From Emiliania huxleyi CCMP1516 (Eukaryota), in assembly GCF_000372725.1 (NCBI RefSeq), contig NW_005201403.1, positions 186,001 to 250,000 of the forward strand: DNA of 64,000 nucleotides. Direction: 5' to 3'. How positions within the stretch are numbered: position 1 is the first letter of the stretch; each line of letters opens with the position of its first letter. A program made the translations under genes and the position numbers. The notes below the pieces were generated by a model. That model was not told where the DNA came from. It made no database searches and saw nothing but the letters and a program-made list of their open reading frames with translations. Shown one piece after another: positions 35,801 through 48,679 of the stretch.

Positions 35801-37967
35801 GCATCGAGTTTCCGACGCGGGACGCGGTCCTCGCGGGGGGGCAGGAACCGTACCGCGCCTACCTCGCCGACGACCTCTCCCTCGACTGCAGCACGCCGGA
35901 GTACGCCACGGCGCAGCGGTGGGCGTACGTGCTGCTCTTCGTGTGGCCCATCGGCGAGATGCGCCGAGATGAGATGCGGCTGAGATGCGCCGAGATGCGC
36001 CGAGATCCGCGAAGACTCGCGGAGACTCGCTCGCCCCTGCTATCGTCCCAACACCGCCCCAATGTTGTCCTAACACTGTCCTCAACACTAGCCCCTTCCC
36101 CTGCCCTTCCCCCCTTCCCCTGCCCTTTCCCCCCCCCGGTCGGACACCCCCCCTCCCCCCCCCCCCCGACCCGGCCAGGCGTGCCGCTACTGTACCTCGG
36201 CTTGCTGCTCGCCTCACGGCGCGACATCATGACGCGCCAGTCGACACCTCTCTTGCGTGCGACCGACTTTCTCTGGAGGGACTACGAGGACAGCGCCTTC
36301 TACTGGGAGCCGCTCGACCTCGTCCGCAAGCTGACGCTGACCGGCTTCGTGCTCATAAATACACAGGGCTCGAAGCAGCTCCGCGTCATCATCGCGCTGC
36401 TCGTCTCGATGCTCTTCCTCACCCTGCAGTACGTCCTCTCGCCGTACAAGCGCAACCTCGACGGGCGGCTGGCCATGTTCGCCAATATCGGCCTCGTCCT
36501 CGTCTACCTCGCCACGCTGACCATCAACTCGTGCTCGCTGCTCGAGACGGACACACAGACGTGCGCCGACGAGTTTGGGCTGAGCCAGCTCGGGCTGTCG
36601 TACATGTTCCTCTCCTTCACCACCGCCCTCCTCGGAATTGGGCTCATCCTCGTTCTGTGGCTCTACACAGCGGCAAGCCGCGCACCCACCTTCCGACTCG
36701 TTAGCAGCGGGCGCGAGCCGCTGCGAGACGGAGGGACGCTCCCGGAAGGCATACGGTGGCACCTATTTCTGAGCCACATCTGGTCGACGGGGCAAGACGC
36801 GGCCGCGGTGATCAAGAACCAGTTGCGGTTGCTTCTGCCTGGTGTCGAAGTCTTCCTCGACGTGGACGACCTTGAGAGCATCGCCGCTCTGGAGGAGTAC
36901 ATCTCGAGCTCTCGTGTCGTGCTTCTGTTCCTATCACGGGGCTACCTTCGCTCGGTGAATTGCCAGCGCGAGGTGCGTGCTGCTTTAGCTAACAACAAGC
37001 CCATTGTGCTCGTTCAGGAGGTGGATCCGGAGAAGGGAGGCGGTGCACTGGCCGAGCTCCGCGCGGAGTGCCCCGCTGAGTTGCAGAATGGAGTCTTCGA
37101 CAATCGTCAGCCAATCCCTTGGCATCGGATTCGTGAGTTCCAGCTCGTCTCCCTAAAGCTGATTGCCGAAGCGACGCTACTGCAGACGCCAAGATACTGC
37201 GGGAAGAGCAACCTGCCGCTTTACCTCCCTGGTGAGCTCCGTAGTGAGGGCCTTAGCTTCACGCAGCCACTCATTCTTTGGACATCGACCGCAAACCGCG
37301 GCGCGCGAGCTCTAGCCGAGGAGCTACGCGTTGCGTTCCCCCGCATCGTCCTCACCGAAGTTCCACCTCCAGGGCTTCTCGATAAGCAAGAGAGCCAGGC
37401 GACCAATGCGCTTCAATGGCTCAGCCGTCGAGTGAGTAGTAGCAGCATCAATCAAGACGGCTCCAACGGAGAAGCTACCCATATGCTGCTCTACCTCAAC
37501 TCGTCAACCTGGTCTGACGAGCTGCTAGCGAAGCAAGTCACAGCGGCGCGCGCGGCCAGACTGCCCATCATCATGGCTCATGAGAGGGACCCAGCACGAG
37601 GCGGGTGCCTCTTTGCGCGCATGTTCGAAGTTACGCCTCAGCAGCTGATCGTCGACGGCCTCTACAAGAACCTCGCGCGCTCGTGCTTTCCCGATCCGCA
37701 CCGCGGGGTACACATGAGTACAATCCTTTCTCAGCACCCAAGTATCTATCATGAGGGTCCCCGGCAACGTTTCAATAGGTGTCGCACATGCTCCTGGCTA
37801 AGGACCTCGGTGCGAGGACGCGAACGTGCGTGGCACAGCTTTGCAACCACGCGATCTTTCCTCACGCAGCGACGAGACCCCGGCGGGGGCGGCCCATCGC
37901 CGAGGGAACAGAGATGCACCAGACACGAGTGTCGATCCATCATATCTCGCAAGGCGCTGACGTGTAA
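32898..37967 (+). CDS. Large receptor-like protein: signal peptide, polyproline, GGA(I/V/L) beta-helix repeats, Cys-rich repeats, multi-pass TM region, cytoplasmic TIR domain(s)
   Basis: MFAALSLCALA and (SPPPP)n. Repeats DGGAV, SGGAIY, WGGAI and KGGALY. CPVGQRCP, CTEGNFCP and CPEGSYS repeats. About 7 or more hydrophobic segments with FYWEPLDLVRKL. TIR: HLFLSHIWSTGQD...VFLDVDDL...FLSRGYLRSVNCQREV. Several introns. Confidence 0.85.
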
Positions 37968-39461
37968 GGGAAGGCGGTCTGGACACCAACACACAAATTT
38001 ATTCTGCGGAGATCGTAGTGTCTGAGGTGTATCGGTATCGGATACCGTGGTCACGTCCGGTCCAATTGAGTGTACGGCTTTATGAGACGGTTAGGTTTCT
38101 TGCCGCCGTCCCTGGGCAGGGGCGCGCCCCGCGAGCCTGACTGTTCTTCACCTTCCTACCTACCTACCTGCCCCGCACACAGCGGGTCCCCAAGGGTGAA
38201 TCTCTCTGTGGCATGGAGGTCTGCGACCCCCGGGGCCCCGACCGAGCGAAATTCATATCACTCACTAGCTGACGTCGAGAGCTTCGTTTGCATGTATGTT
38301 GAATGAAGCCTACGAGTCCCTGACAAATGTGTGTCGCGTGCAGTTGCGCGCCTTGGGGTTGTTCTGCGGGGGGGGGGGTATAGCGGAAAGGAAAAATAAA
38401 ATCCAAGCACCAAGGAAAATCCGCGCTGATTTGCAACGAAAAACAACTTAGTGTCCGCCGCAACTGGTGGTGACGTTGCCGGCTCCCACCGGCGAATCTG
38501 GTTTTCAATCTAAATCTCCGGCGAACCATTTCGTGAGGCCTTACAGTCTGTTGCGGGCATTAAAGGCCTATTTCCAGCTTGGGGATTTGCGCCGACCGTG
38601 CGTCATTGGGACTCGTGGCGCCTCCCAGGCCCGCCGCAGCGGTCCCATGGGTACCTGCCGTCCGTACCGGTCCACGGGCTGGCCCTGGGCACATTCGGAC
38701 CGAACTCGCTGCGCAATCCGGTCTCGGTATTGCTGTCGGCGGCCGGCAGCCCTCGGGGGTCGAGTCGCAGGATGTCGCAAAACTTTGCCACACGTGCTCG
38801 AGCGTCGAGCTTCCGGTGTCCCCAGTCGCAACTACCTCCGGCGAGGTGGCTGACGTTGCACAATCACATCGGTGGCGCATGCGGAGAGCACCAGTGCTCT
38901 TTCGGTGGGCTGTCGTGGGGTGGTGCACGACACGCATTGAGAGGAGCCGAGAGAAGCAGCGGCTGTGGGGCTTCCACGGCTGCCAAAGGGTGGTTCACGA
39001 CTACTCTGAGCAGGGCTGTGCTTTGGTGGGGTTGTGCTTGAGCATGTGTGAAGTGGGAGTGCGTGCCGGCGGTGTCTGTGGGTGAAACGGGCGTGTATGA
39101 GGCCGTAAGAGCCGTGGTATGAGCCAGAGTGGGCTGCATCACCCAAAATAAGGACGGTTTGGGACAGCTCAGACTTGATACTGATGGGACTGGGCCAGGT
39201 GAGCGACAGAGAAGGCGAGGTGGTGAGCTGGGAAGCCGCTTTGTCGGCACCTGGACGTGTCGCGATGAACTGCCGAAAAGCACCTTTTGCGGCTGTTGCT
39301 CGAAACTTCGGGAGACAAGGCCTACATATTATGACTGCATCGATGCGCCTGGTGCATGAGGGCTGCGGGTCGGGACATTTCACGGTCGGTGGCGCCGGTG
39401 ATGGCCTCCGGAATGCCCTCGCAATCGCCGTCGCGACAAGGAACTGCAGACCGAGGCCGCC

Positions 39462-40296
39462 ATGGGCACCGCCGTCGGCACCGAGATGGCGTCAGATGTC
39501 AAGGGCGCGCTCGGCAGCGTGTTTGGCCGCCGGCAGCTCGTGCTCGACCACGAGGACGTCTCGCTAGTCAAGGTCGCTGTTGCCCCCGCCGCGGTCAAGG
39601 CGGCCGTGGAGGGTGCAGAGGCGGTCGCCAAGACGAACGAGGCGTCGGCGGGGCTCGAGGCGAAGGCTGCTGCCGCGCACACGATCAAGAGCATCTTCGT
39701 GGGCGACGACAGCGAGGATGACGCTGAGAAGGTGCGCGAGAGCACGTGCGCGAGCAGGTTCAGGAGCAGAGTATCATCGCGCTCGCGCAGGCGGTGAGCA
39801 GAGTCGAGCAGGATCGCGAGGCGGACAAGAGGGGGCAGCAGGCGCAGCGATGCTCCGGTCCGGCGTGCAGCCTGGGCCTGTCTACCAGCGGCCCTGTCTT
39901 CGAGAGGGCGCCACCCACGACCCTGCCGCCGCCCGGGGCTTGCATTCCACGAAGTGCACAGGCGGGCCGTGGCTGTGCGCCGAGCATGGCTGCCCTTCAA
40001 TCGCGGTCAGCTGCGAGCAAATCGCCGCGGGAGAAGCATGCCTGAAGCCGTTTTCGACGCTCTGGGACACGCCCCCGCCGGGTGTGGGCAAGGATATTGT
40101 GGGAACCCACTGCCCCCGCTCCTGTGCCGCGGCGGCTGGCGTGGACTGCCGGGCGTGGACGAACCTAGCGCGGAAGGAGCAGGATGCCTTCGCCCTTCCG
40201 GGCGAGCGGGCTGGACAGCGAGGCCGTGTGGGCTGGCTGGGATGGGGCCTGGGTGAGCTTGAGTCTGAAGGCCAGGAGGTGGTCGGGCGCATCTAG
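39462..40296 (+). CDS. Hypothetical protein(s), exon structure unclear
   Basis: An Ala-rich ORF, then a Cys-rich segment (CAEHGCPSIAVSC...HCPRSC) in another frame. Confidence 0.3.
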
Positions 40297-40628
40297 GCAC
40301 TGTGGTGGAGAGAGGGGGGAGGGGGATGTAGTCTCGTGTCTGCATGGATGTGTGCATGACATGCGCATGCGCATGCGCACATGCATACATGCTACGTTGT
40401 GCGTACATGTATGCATTATTGTGAGAGTGTGGCATTGTGGGTGTGTAAACACCCACATGCCACACATATATGTGCATCTCCATGGGGCTTCGTGGTGAGC
40501 ATTACGGCTTTACCTTGTCATTCAGCAACAGCATGTGTCTATCGATTGTTTGCTTTGAAAATTGGAACAGTACGGTATGTAATCAACCATGCGCATGCCA
40601 CCACCTATACCCCTTACTTACTACTGAC

Positions 40629-43456
40629 TTACGACGCCACCTCCCACACGCGCACGTACTCCATGCTGGCGCGGTCTAGCTCCCCATTCTTCCGGAAGCG
40701 GTTGATGTCCTTGGCACCGCCGAGCGACACGCCGGAGCCGAACGCCAGGTTGAAGATGAGGAACATCGGGTTCCTCGGGTCGTCAAACGGAGCCCAGAGC
40801 CCGTCCCCGAACTCGCCGCCCCACCATCTCCCATTGTGAATCCGCATCCGCACCTGCCCGCCCCCGTTCCACGCCTCGGCGACAGGCCTCTCATTGACGA
40901 ACCACGCGATCTTGTTTGGCATCTTCACCCAGCGGTAGTCGTTGTAGCCGTGTGGGTCGTACGTGCCGTCGGCGTAGGCGCCCTCGTTGTAGGACACCTG
41001 CGACGGGCGGGGAGAGCGGCGTGTGTCCTGGGTGTGTCGGGGTCGGGCCGGCGCGAGGGGAGCTGTCGATGAGCGGGGGAGGGCGTCTCGGAGAGAGCTC
41101 GCCCAGGCTTGCTTGTTTGCCCTCGCCGCGGCAAAGTCGCCCGGGACGGAGTGGTAGGAGTGGAGGGTGAAGGCGGGCCTCATCGCGTCTCCCACTCCGT
41201 CCTTCCACTTTGACCACTGCGTCGACGTCGTCCACATCTCGGTGATCTCCGACTCGCCGCAAAAGGGCCACCCTCGCGAGCCGACCTGCGGGCGGAGGGG
41301 GTCCGGCCTCGGGGTTCAGGGGTCGCCTCTACCACCACTGCCCTCGCGAGCCGACCTGCGTGCCGAGCGCCCAAAAGGCGCTCCACGAGTAGTCGTTCCG
41401 GTCCGCGAGCTTGACCCGCGCCTCGACCACGCCGTGCAGGACCTCCACCTATAGAGATGCGACGCACTCACCTCAACCCAGACGAGTCCCGCGCCCCCGA
41501 CCGCGCCGTGCAGGTGACACACACACACCTTGTCCTTTGTGTTGATGCGGCCCGAGAAGAAGCCTGTCGGATGGCGGGCGGCGCTCCGCTCGCAGATGGA
41601 TCGGCCCGCCGGCTCCGTGCTGTACCTGCATGCAAAACATTGTGGGCGGTGGGTTGAGACAGGTTGAGAGCACAGGGGGGCAGTCTGCCGCGCGCCTCAG
41701 CTCGTCGGCGTTGCACCTGAAGGTGCGCAGAGGTGCGCGGGTGAGGTGCGGTGGAGCTGAGAGGGGGAGTCTCACTTGGGGCGGCTCCTCTCCGGCGCAA
41801 GGCGGGCGGGTGGGCGTTCCAGGCAAGTGGCGGGCTAAGGGAGAGGCAAGTGGCGTGGGACTGAGGGAGAGAGGCAAGCGTGACGCTCGAGCGGCCCGCC
41901 TGGCGCCCTGTGCGCTTGTGCGCGACGAGTCGTAGTAGAGCTTGAGGTGCACCTGAGCTCGGCGGATCTCGGCGAATCTCGGCGGATCTCGGCGGATCTC
42001 GGCGGATCTCGGCGGATCTCGGCGGATCTCGGGAGGAGTCTGCTGCACAGCTTCAGCGGCACACCTTCCCTCCCGACACCTCCACCCCGTCGCGCACGTA
42101 GAACTGCTCCTGCGGGCCGTGTGCGGGGCGAGAGGAGTCGGGCGGGAGGAGGCGAGAGGAGTCGGGCGCGCGCACTCGGCTGGTCGGGCCGTGACACAGC
42201 CGCGTGCGTGGTGTGTGGGCGGTGTGTGGGCGGTGGTGTGGGCGGTGGTGTGACTGCCGTGGTGATTCACGGTGAGGGTGGCTGTGACAGCGGCCGTCAT
42301 CAAGCCCACCCGAGACTCTGTGACGCGGCATATGACGCGGCATATGACGCGGCGCGCGCCTCGTCGCCATCGCCGCGAATCCCGTCGTTCCGCACCTCGA
42401 CGTTCCACTTTGCCTCGTCGAGGTAGCCTACTCTCGGCGGACCTCGGCTGGCCTGTGGCGATCTCGGGGAGATGCTCCACGCTCTGCTCGTCGGGTGAGC
42501 CCGACTCGAAGCCGTCCTCGTACTTGAGCCGGCAGCGACGGCCGTACGAGAGACACGGGTCGAGGAACTCGGGCGGCGGCGGCGGCGGAAGCGGCGGCGG
42601 CGGCGCTGTCGGTGGCAGCCGCGGAGGCGCGGGCGGCGGCGGCGGCACTGCAGGCGGCGTCGGCGGCGATGGCGGTGCCGGCGGCCCTCTCGGCGGCGCC
42701 GGCGGCGATGGCGGCGGCGGAGGCAGCGGGGCGGGACGCTCCTTGCAGACACGGGATCACAGCGGGCCGGGGTATCGGTTAGTGTTGGGTCAGGGGCCGG
42801 GTCGAGGGGCCGGGTCCGAGGGTTAGGGGTTGAAGACACACCTTGGTCAGGCAGAGGACCGGGTGCATCAGCGGCACGGCCGACGTGATCTCCGCGCGGT
42901 GCAGCTCGCCTAGGGCCACAGGTCAGGGTCAGGGCCAGGGCCAGGGTGGCAGGGTGACGTGATCTCCGCGCGTGCAGCTCGCACAGCGAGTGCGACCGCT
43001 CCGGCCGCCGCTCGTGTACGTGTGGTGCTCGATTGCCACACAGGCGAGGCGCGAGGCGCAGCGCTCCTTGCACGCCTCCACGGACGTGTCGTAGACGTCG
43101 TCGAAGGAGCCCTCCCCGCCTGAAGCGGTGCGACATGCTCCGCTCGACTTGCCGCCACCGGGCCCGGCCCAGACGAAGGACGGGACCAGCTTTGCTGCCG
43201 CAGCGGCGCCGGCTGGAGCGCAGGCGCCACACTCAACGGGGAACTCCGTGCCTGCAATTCGCTGGCACGCCTCCGCCTCGCCCATCCCGCGGTTCGCGCG
43301 CAACCACTCGATACGCGCACCGCACGTGAAGCTGCCGCCGCGGTTGGTCGCGTATCGCCGGAGTGCGGCGCCCGTGCAGGTTGGGCCGCAGGGCGCGCGC
43401 GCGACGTGACAGAGGGTCGCGAGGAGAAGCAAGCGGCGGTCCGAGCATCTCTCCAT
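40629..43456 (-). CDS. Secreted GH16-family glycoside hydrolase (beta-1,3-glucanase-like) with Cys modules, PAN-like domain and polyproline linker, multi-exon
   Basis: GVVEARVKL, WPFCGESEITEM, IAWFVN, APFDDPRNPMFLIFNLAFG and MEYVRVWE. N-terminal LLLLATLCHVARA, TCGARIEWL and ACKERC...CVAIE. Confidence 0.8.
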
Positions 43457-43592
43457 TTTGGCTCAGACGAATGTGCAGCCGGACAGATCGCGACAACACG
43501 TCCGCACACATGCAAAACAAGACCACTCAGCAAAACTGTGAACAGCGCCTCAGCAATCACGACACAAAACTCGATCCTCCAGGGCCTCTCTC

Positions 43593-43710
43593 TTGGCCTG
43601 TATAGGAATTCCTATACTTTTCCGGCAAACAAAAAGGAAAACAGAGGGTCCCCAGCACTTTGCGTTTCCGGAAATTTCCAGGGAAAACAGAGGGTGTTTG
43701 GAGCTCCATT
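43593..43710 (+). mobile_element. Truncated left end of the 784-1219 MITE family
   Basis: TTGGCCTGTA...AACAAAAAGGAAAACAGAGGGTCCCCAGCACTTTGCGTT.CCGGAAATTTCCAGGGAAAACAGAGGGTGTTTGG matches 784-890. Confidence 0.9.
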
Positions 43711-44095
43711 AGGGTGCCCACAGGACCCAAAAGAAAATAGCTTTCCGGCTCAAAAAGGGACGCACGAGAGGCAAATCTGATGTTGGCCAGTTCCAATAGG
43801 AGCGAGGCCTCTTCCGTTGGGGGACCGAGTTCATAGGAAACGAGGGTTTCCCATTGTGTCCCGCTCCAGCGCGAGCGTGACACCGCACTTGGCGCCGAGC
43901 GCCCGCGGCTCAGACCTTGTGCAGGCCACCCCTCGGTGACCACGCCGGTCCGGACCGATGGCGCTCGGTGTGGAGCAAGCAAGACCCCCCCCCCCACTGG
44001 CGGACTGACCTGCAGGGAGGACGGTGTGTACCACTGACTGACTGGCGGACTGACCTGCAGGGAGGACGGTGTGTACCACTGACTGGCTGCGGACT

Positions 44096-44405
44096 GACCT
44101 GCAGGTTGATGACGTCGTCGAGGAGCTGGGGAGATACAGATATGGGGAGATATGGGGAGATATGACCTGCAGGTTGATGACGTCGTCGAGGAGCTGGGGA
44201 GATACAGATATGGGGAGATATGGGGAGATATGACCTGCAGGTTGATGACGTCGTCGAGGAGCTGGGGAGATACAGATATGGGGAGATATGGGGAGATATG
44301 ACCTGCAGGTTGATGACGTCGTCGAGGAGCTGGAACGCCAGCCCGAGGGCGAGGAAGTAGTCGCCGAGGGCAGCCTCCTGCGTCGACCACTCCTTCGTCT
44401 CAGTG
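44096..44405 (-). pseudogene. Polyprenyl-synthetase-like exon fragment with the exon end amplified in a 68-bp tandem repeat
   Basis: LGDYFLALGLAFQLLDDVINLQ resembles the second Asp-rich motif region. GACCTGCAGGTTGATGACGTCGTCGAGGAGCTGG recurs at 44096, 44164, 44232 and 44300. Confidence 0.6.
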
Positions 44406-45387
44406 ACGGAGTGAGTGTGTGTGAGTGATTGTGTGTGGGCTGCTCCGAGGGGGCCCTCTGTGCGATCCGACGGGTAGGGGGGTTGTGCCCGGGCGGTGTC
44501 CGGTGTGGAGTCCCCTTCTGATCCCGCCTGGGATGTTGGGTGTGAGGTTGTGGCGGCTTCGATCCCAAGGGGGGGAGCTGATCCCACTCAATAACCAACT
44601 CTCAGGGGCAGTAGGTGGGCGAGCTTCAGGCACGCTCATCTCGATCGTCAAGACGTCGCTACGCGCGGTCTTCCGCGGGGGGAGCTGCGTCGACGGGTGC
44701 GGGACCGCGGCGCAGCCAGTGCCGCGGCGAGGCCTCCGGCTGTTTGCGGCGGGCGGCTTGCTGCTCGCTGCATGGCGAAAAACTCGTCTCGCTACACGCC
44801 AAGGGCTTATGCTCTGGCGAGACGTGAGGCGCATGCGCCCAGGAGGGGAGGGGGCATGTGTAACGACACTGCTAGAGATGCCTTTCGGGGCCCAGAGATA
44901 AAACTTCTGTGATGCCATGCGTGACCTAGTAGTGTCCCCAGCTATGGGCGTGTCCACGTTGGAGCCAGGTGTGGTGTGGGCGCGAGAATAGCTCCGCCGT
45001 TCATGGAGGCAACCGATGCGAGTCGACTGGTGTGTGTCGTCGTGGTTTCGTATCAAGAATACTCACTCACACACTGACGGAGTGACTGAGAGAGGGACGC
45101 TTTCAGCAGTCGCCAACCACGGCCTCCTGCGCGCATTCACTCCTCGACCAAGCAACCGGCTAATTCACTAACTTCAGTGCCGAGGGCGGCGGCTTCCTGC
45201 AGAGGCTTTTTTGTCTCAGGCGCCGTGCCCAATCTTACCTTCGCGCTGGCAGGTGGGGGCTTGAGCCAAAACTCAGGCTGCGGACCCCGTGTTGCATGTC
45301 TGACTGTCACTGTGCGATTTCGGGGTTGTGCGTTGATGTGAACAGCGCCTTTTTGCCCGCCGTGAGTCGGAACCACAGTGTAGATTC

Positions 45388-45501
45388 ATGTCTGTGCTTC
45401 TGCTGCATGCGTGGCAGCTCACCGCCCCTTTGGCCGGAGCGGAGCTCGCGAATCGGTCGGCGACGCCTCCGGTTCGAGCGCTAGTATACCGGGGGGGCGA
45501 C

Positions 45502-45535
<34 letters not shown>

Positions 45536-48502
45536 GAGAGGGCAGCGCTAGCATACACCAGATGCGATCCCTGCAGCAGGCACAGGCACCGTACTGGCTA
45601 GCGCCGGTCCAAACTGGCCCGCGAGAGCCGCAGTGGCTGGCTCCGGCCAAGCAAGGGGCTTGCAGGACGGCCGGCGGCAACCAAGGGTCGTACATCGAGA
45701 AGTGGGGCGTCACGGAGAGCAAGTGCGGGGAGGAGTGCGTGACTACTTATTCGCATGAGTGCGTGGTGCGCGCCGCGGCAGGCCCTCTCTCCGCCTCGGC
45801 CGCGCGCGCGCGCGAGTCGCCTCTCCCTGCCGCGGGCATACAGGCGTGGGAATTCACGGAGGTCAAGCCGAAGCAGTGGGTGTGCGAGCTGCACAAGGAC
45901 CCAGTCAAGTCGGTGTACCCGATCCCGACCTCGCGCTGCTACATCATCTTCGCCCACAAGTCCTCCTTCGGAGGCGCCCTCTCGATGCCCATGCAAGCGG
46001 CAGCCCCCGCCGCCGCGGCGGTGGTCCCCACGCCTCAGCCGACGACCAGGCCAAAGGGCAGGCCAAAGGGATACGTCGAGCGGCCGCCGCCGCCGCCTCC
46101 CCAGCCGCCGCCGCCGCCGCAGCCGCCAAACCCGCCGCCGCCGTTTCCTCCCCCGCCGCCCAACCCCTGCCTTCTGCTGGTTGGCCCTGGTGCGGACCTG
46201 AGGGCGACCTCTTCTGCCTCGGGCAGCGGCCTCGCCCTCTGCTCCCCATGCTGTGACGGTGTGCTGTGTGTGAGCAGGGGTGCCTGCACCTGAGGAACGC
46301 AGACCTGCGATACGCCGACCTCTCCAAGGCGAGATGGAGCCGAGATCGACCCGAGATGTACCCGAGATCGACCCCTCAAACAGCGCACAACACAACACAC
46401 CGACCTCTCAGGCACTCCTCGACGGCCTCGACATCTCCGGCGCTAACTTCGCCGGCGACCTTGACCCGCGCCCACCCCGCCCCCCCCCCCCTCCCTCTCC
46501 CTCCACACGCACCTCGTGCACGAGAGGAGGAGGAGGTTCCGCACACACACCACTAGGCAGCAAGCTGTCCGAGGCTTCCATGACGGGCGTCAACGCCACC
46601 CGTGCTAACTTCTCGGGGGCGGTGCGTGCCCCGCCTGGCCCCCTCCTGGCCCCCTCCCCTCCTGGCCCCCTCCCCTCCTGGCCCCCTCCCCTCCTGCCGG
46701 GGGTGCTTGGCGGCGTGTGGGGGCGAGGCGTGGTGTTCACGTGAGTGGTGCTCGCGTGAAAGGCGTTTGACTCCGCGCCCCTGCTAACCTCGGATTGCAC
46801 GAGGGCGGCATTCAGAGGCGCTCCCCCCCCCCCCCCCCTCCTCCTCCCGTGCCCTTGACGAGAGCCGGAGACCTGTTACCCGTTGAAAGAGCCGAGAGGA
46901 GCCGAGAGGGGCCGAGGTTAGGCGCGATGCTCGACAACACTGATTGGACCGGCGCGACCATCAACCATGTGGACTTCACCGGCGCTTCCTAGACACTTCC
47001 TAGACACTTCCTAGACCATCAACCATGCGGACTTCACCGGCGCTTCCTAGACACTTCCTAGACACTTCCTAGACCATCAACCATGCGGACTTCACCGGCG
47101 CGCGGCTCTCGCAGTTTGGACACACTCAGGGAAGGGAAAGGGGGGGGGTTGACTGAGTCCGGCCGCTGGCCTGCTGCCTCCCCAGGGGCTTCGATGCAGA
47201 TGATCAACATGCGGAGCATCCGCGGCGCTAAGCCGATGGGAGTCAACGTCACTTTCGACAGGGCGATCATAGTTCGTAGTTTAATTAGCAGTTAATTAGC
47301 AGTTAATTATCAGTCAACGTCACCTTCTCAAAAGGCGATCATGAGGGACGCCTCCATCACCGACTCCGACTTCCCGTACGCCTCCTTCGACGGCGCACAG
47401 CTGACCGGCATGTGCGCCTCGACACTTCCTAGACACCCCCTAGACACTTCCTTCGACGGCGCACAGCTGACCGGCATGTGCGCACATGCACATGCGCATG
47501 TGCCCGAGATGCACCACAGCCTCCCTCCCCGCCCCCTCCCTCCCCGCCGCCTCCCTCCCCGCCCCCTCCCTCCCCGCCCCCTCCCTCCCCGCCCCCTCCC
47601 TCCCCGCCCCCTCCCTCCCCGCCCCCTCCCTCCCCGCCCCCTCCCTCTCGCGAGCCTGCGCCACCCGTAGAGCCACCCGTAGAGCCACCCTCTCGTAGAG
47701 CCACCTCCAGAGGCGCCCGTGCCCTGTGCACGACACAGGCGCGTCGAGGACATGCAGATGCCGTTCTCGACCTTCCGAGGCGCGGCCTTGGCCATGGGGA
47801 AGGGGCGGGGGGGGGGGGGGTCGTCAATGAGTCTCAGAAGCGGACGAGCCATCAGCAGCTCGGCCACGGACTAGGCACGACCTTCGACGGCACCGGTTTC
47901 GTCGACTCCAACTTCACGGGCTCGATGATGCAGGGCGTCATCATGATCCGGGTGCGCGCGTGCCGGAAGGGGCAGCCACTCCGTCGCTCGCCGAGCCCCC
48001 CCCCCCCCCGCCCCCGCCCCCCCTAACCTCGCCAGTCCGACGTCGAGAAGCTGCAGCTGCAGAACGCCAACCTCAACGGGGCGACTCTGCGCGACTGCAA
48101 GCTGCAAGAGCTGAACATGATCTCCGCCACGTGCGAGCCAGCCGAGACCCCGCCCAGATTGACGTCGCAAGAGAGCGGGGTCCTCCTCGGAGCCACGTGC
48201 CTCCCCCCCCCCCCCCCCACACTCCCCGCAGGGCGGTCGGCGCCGACTTTTCGGGCTCGGTCCTCAACATCGGCTGCTTCGACAAGGCAGACGTGAGCTA
48301 CTCCAAGTTCATTGGAGCGAGCGTCCCCGACTCGACCTTCAACAACACAGTCATCAAGGGCACCGACTTCACGGGCGCGCTTGGCACGTTGAAGGCAGAC
48401 TTCTACCATGCGATCGGGGTGCCCCTCGTGTGCGACGGGTGCAACTACCCGGGAAGCGGCTTGGCGCCCCTACCGGCGCCGGTGGGTCAACACATAGGCT
48501 AG
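45388..48502 (+). CDS. Secreted pentapeptide-repeat protein with PAN-like domain and polyproline linker, multi-exon
   Basis: Signal-like MSVLLLHAWQLTA, ACRTAGG...KCGEEC...WVCELH and polyPro. Exons LRNADLRYADLS, LDISGANFAG, NTDWTGATINHVDFTGA, FVDSNFTGS, LQNANLNGATL and ADFSGSVL...TDFTGA. Confidence 0.8.
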
Positions 48503-48589
48503 TTCCATTTCACTGTGGCACAGCTCGCGTTACAAAACCTTGATTTGACCACATTTGCGCGCACTATTGTACCTCTCGGTGCCTTCCAG

Positions 48590-48679
48590 AGGCAGCTGCG
48601 GACCCCGCCGAGTGGACGGGCGCACACAGCAGGTGGCGCGGAGTGCACCCCCGTCCACTCGGCGGGGTCGCAGCTGCCT
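48590..48679. repeat. 30-bp near-perfect inverted repeat (hairpin)
   Basis: AGGCAGCTGCGGACCCCGCCGAGTGGACGGG (48590-48620) pairs with 48650-48679 with a single-base bulge. Confidence 0.9.
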
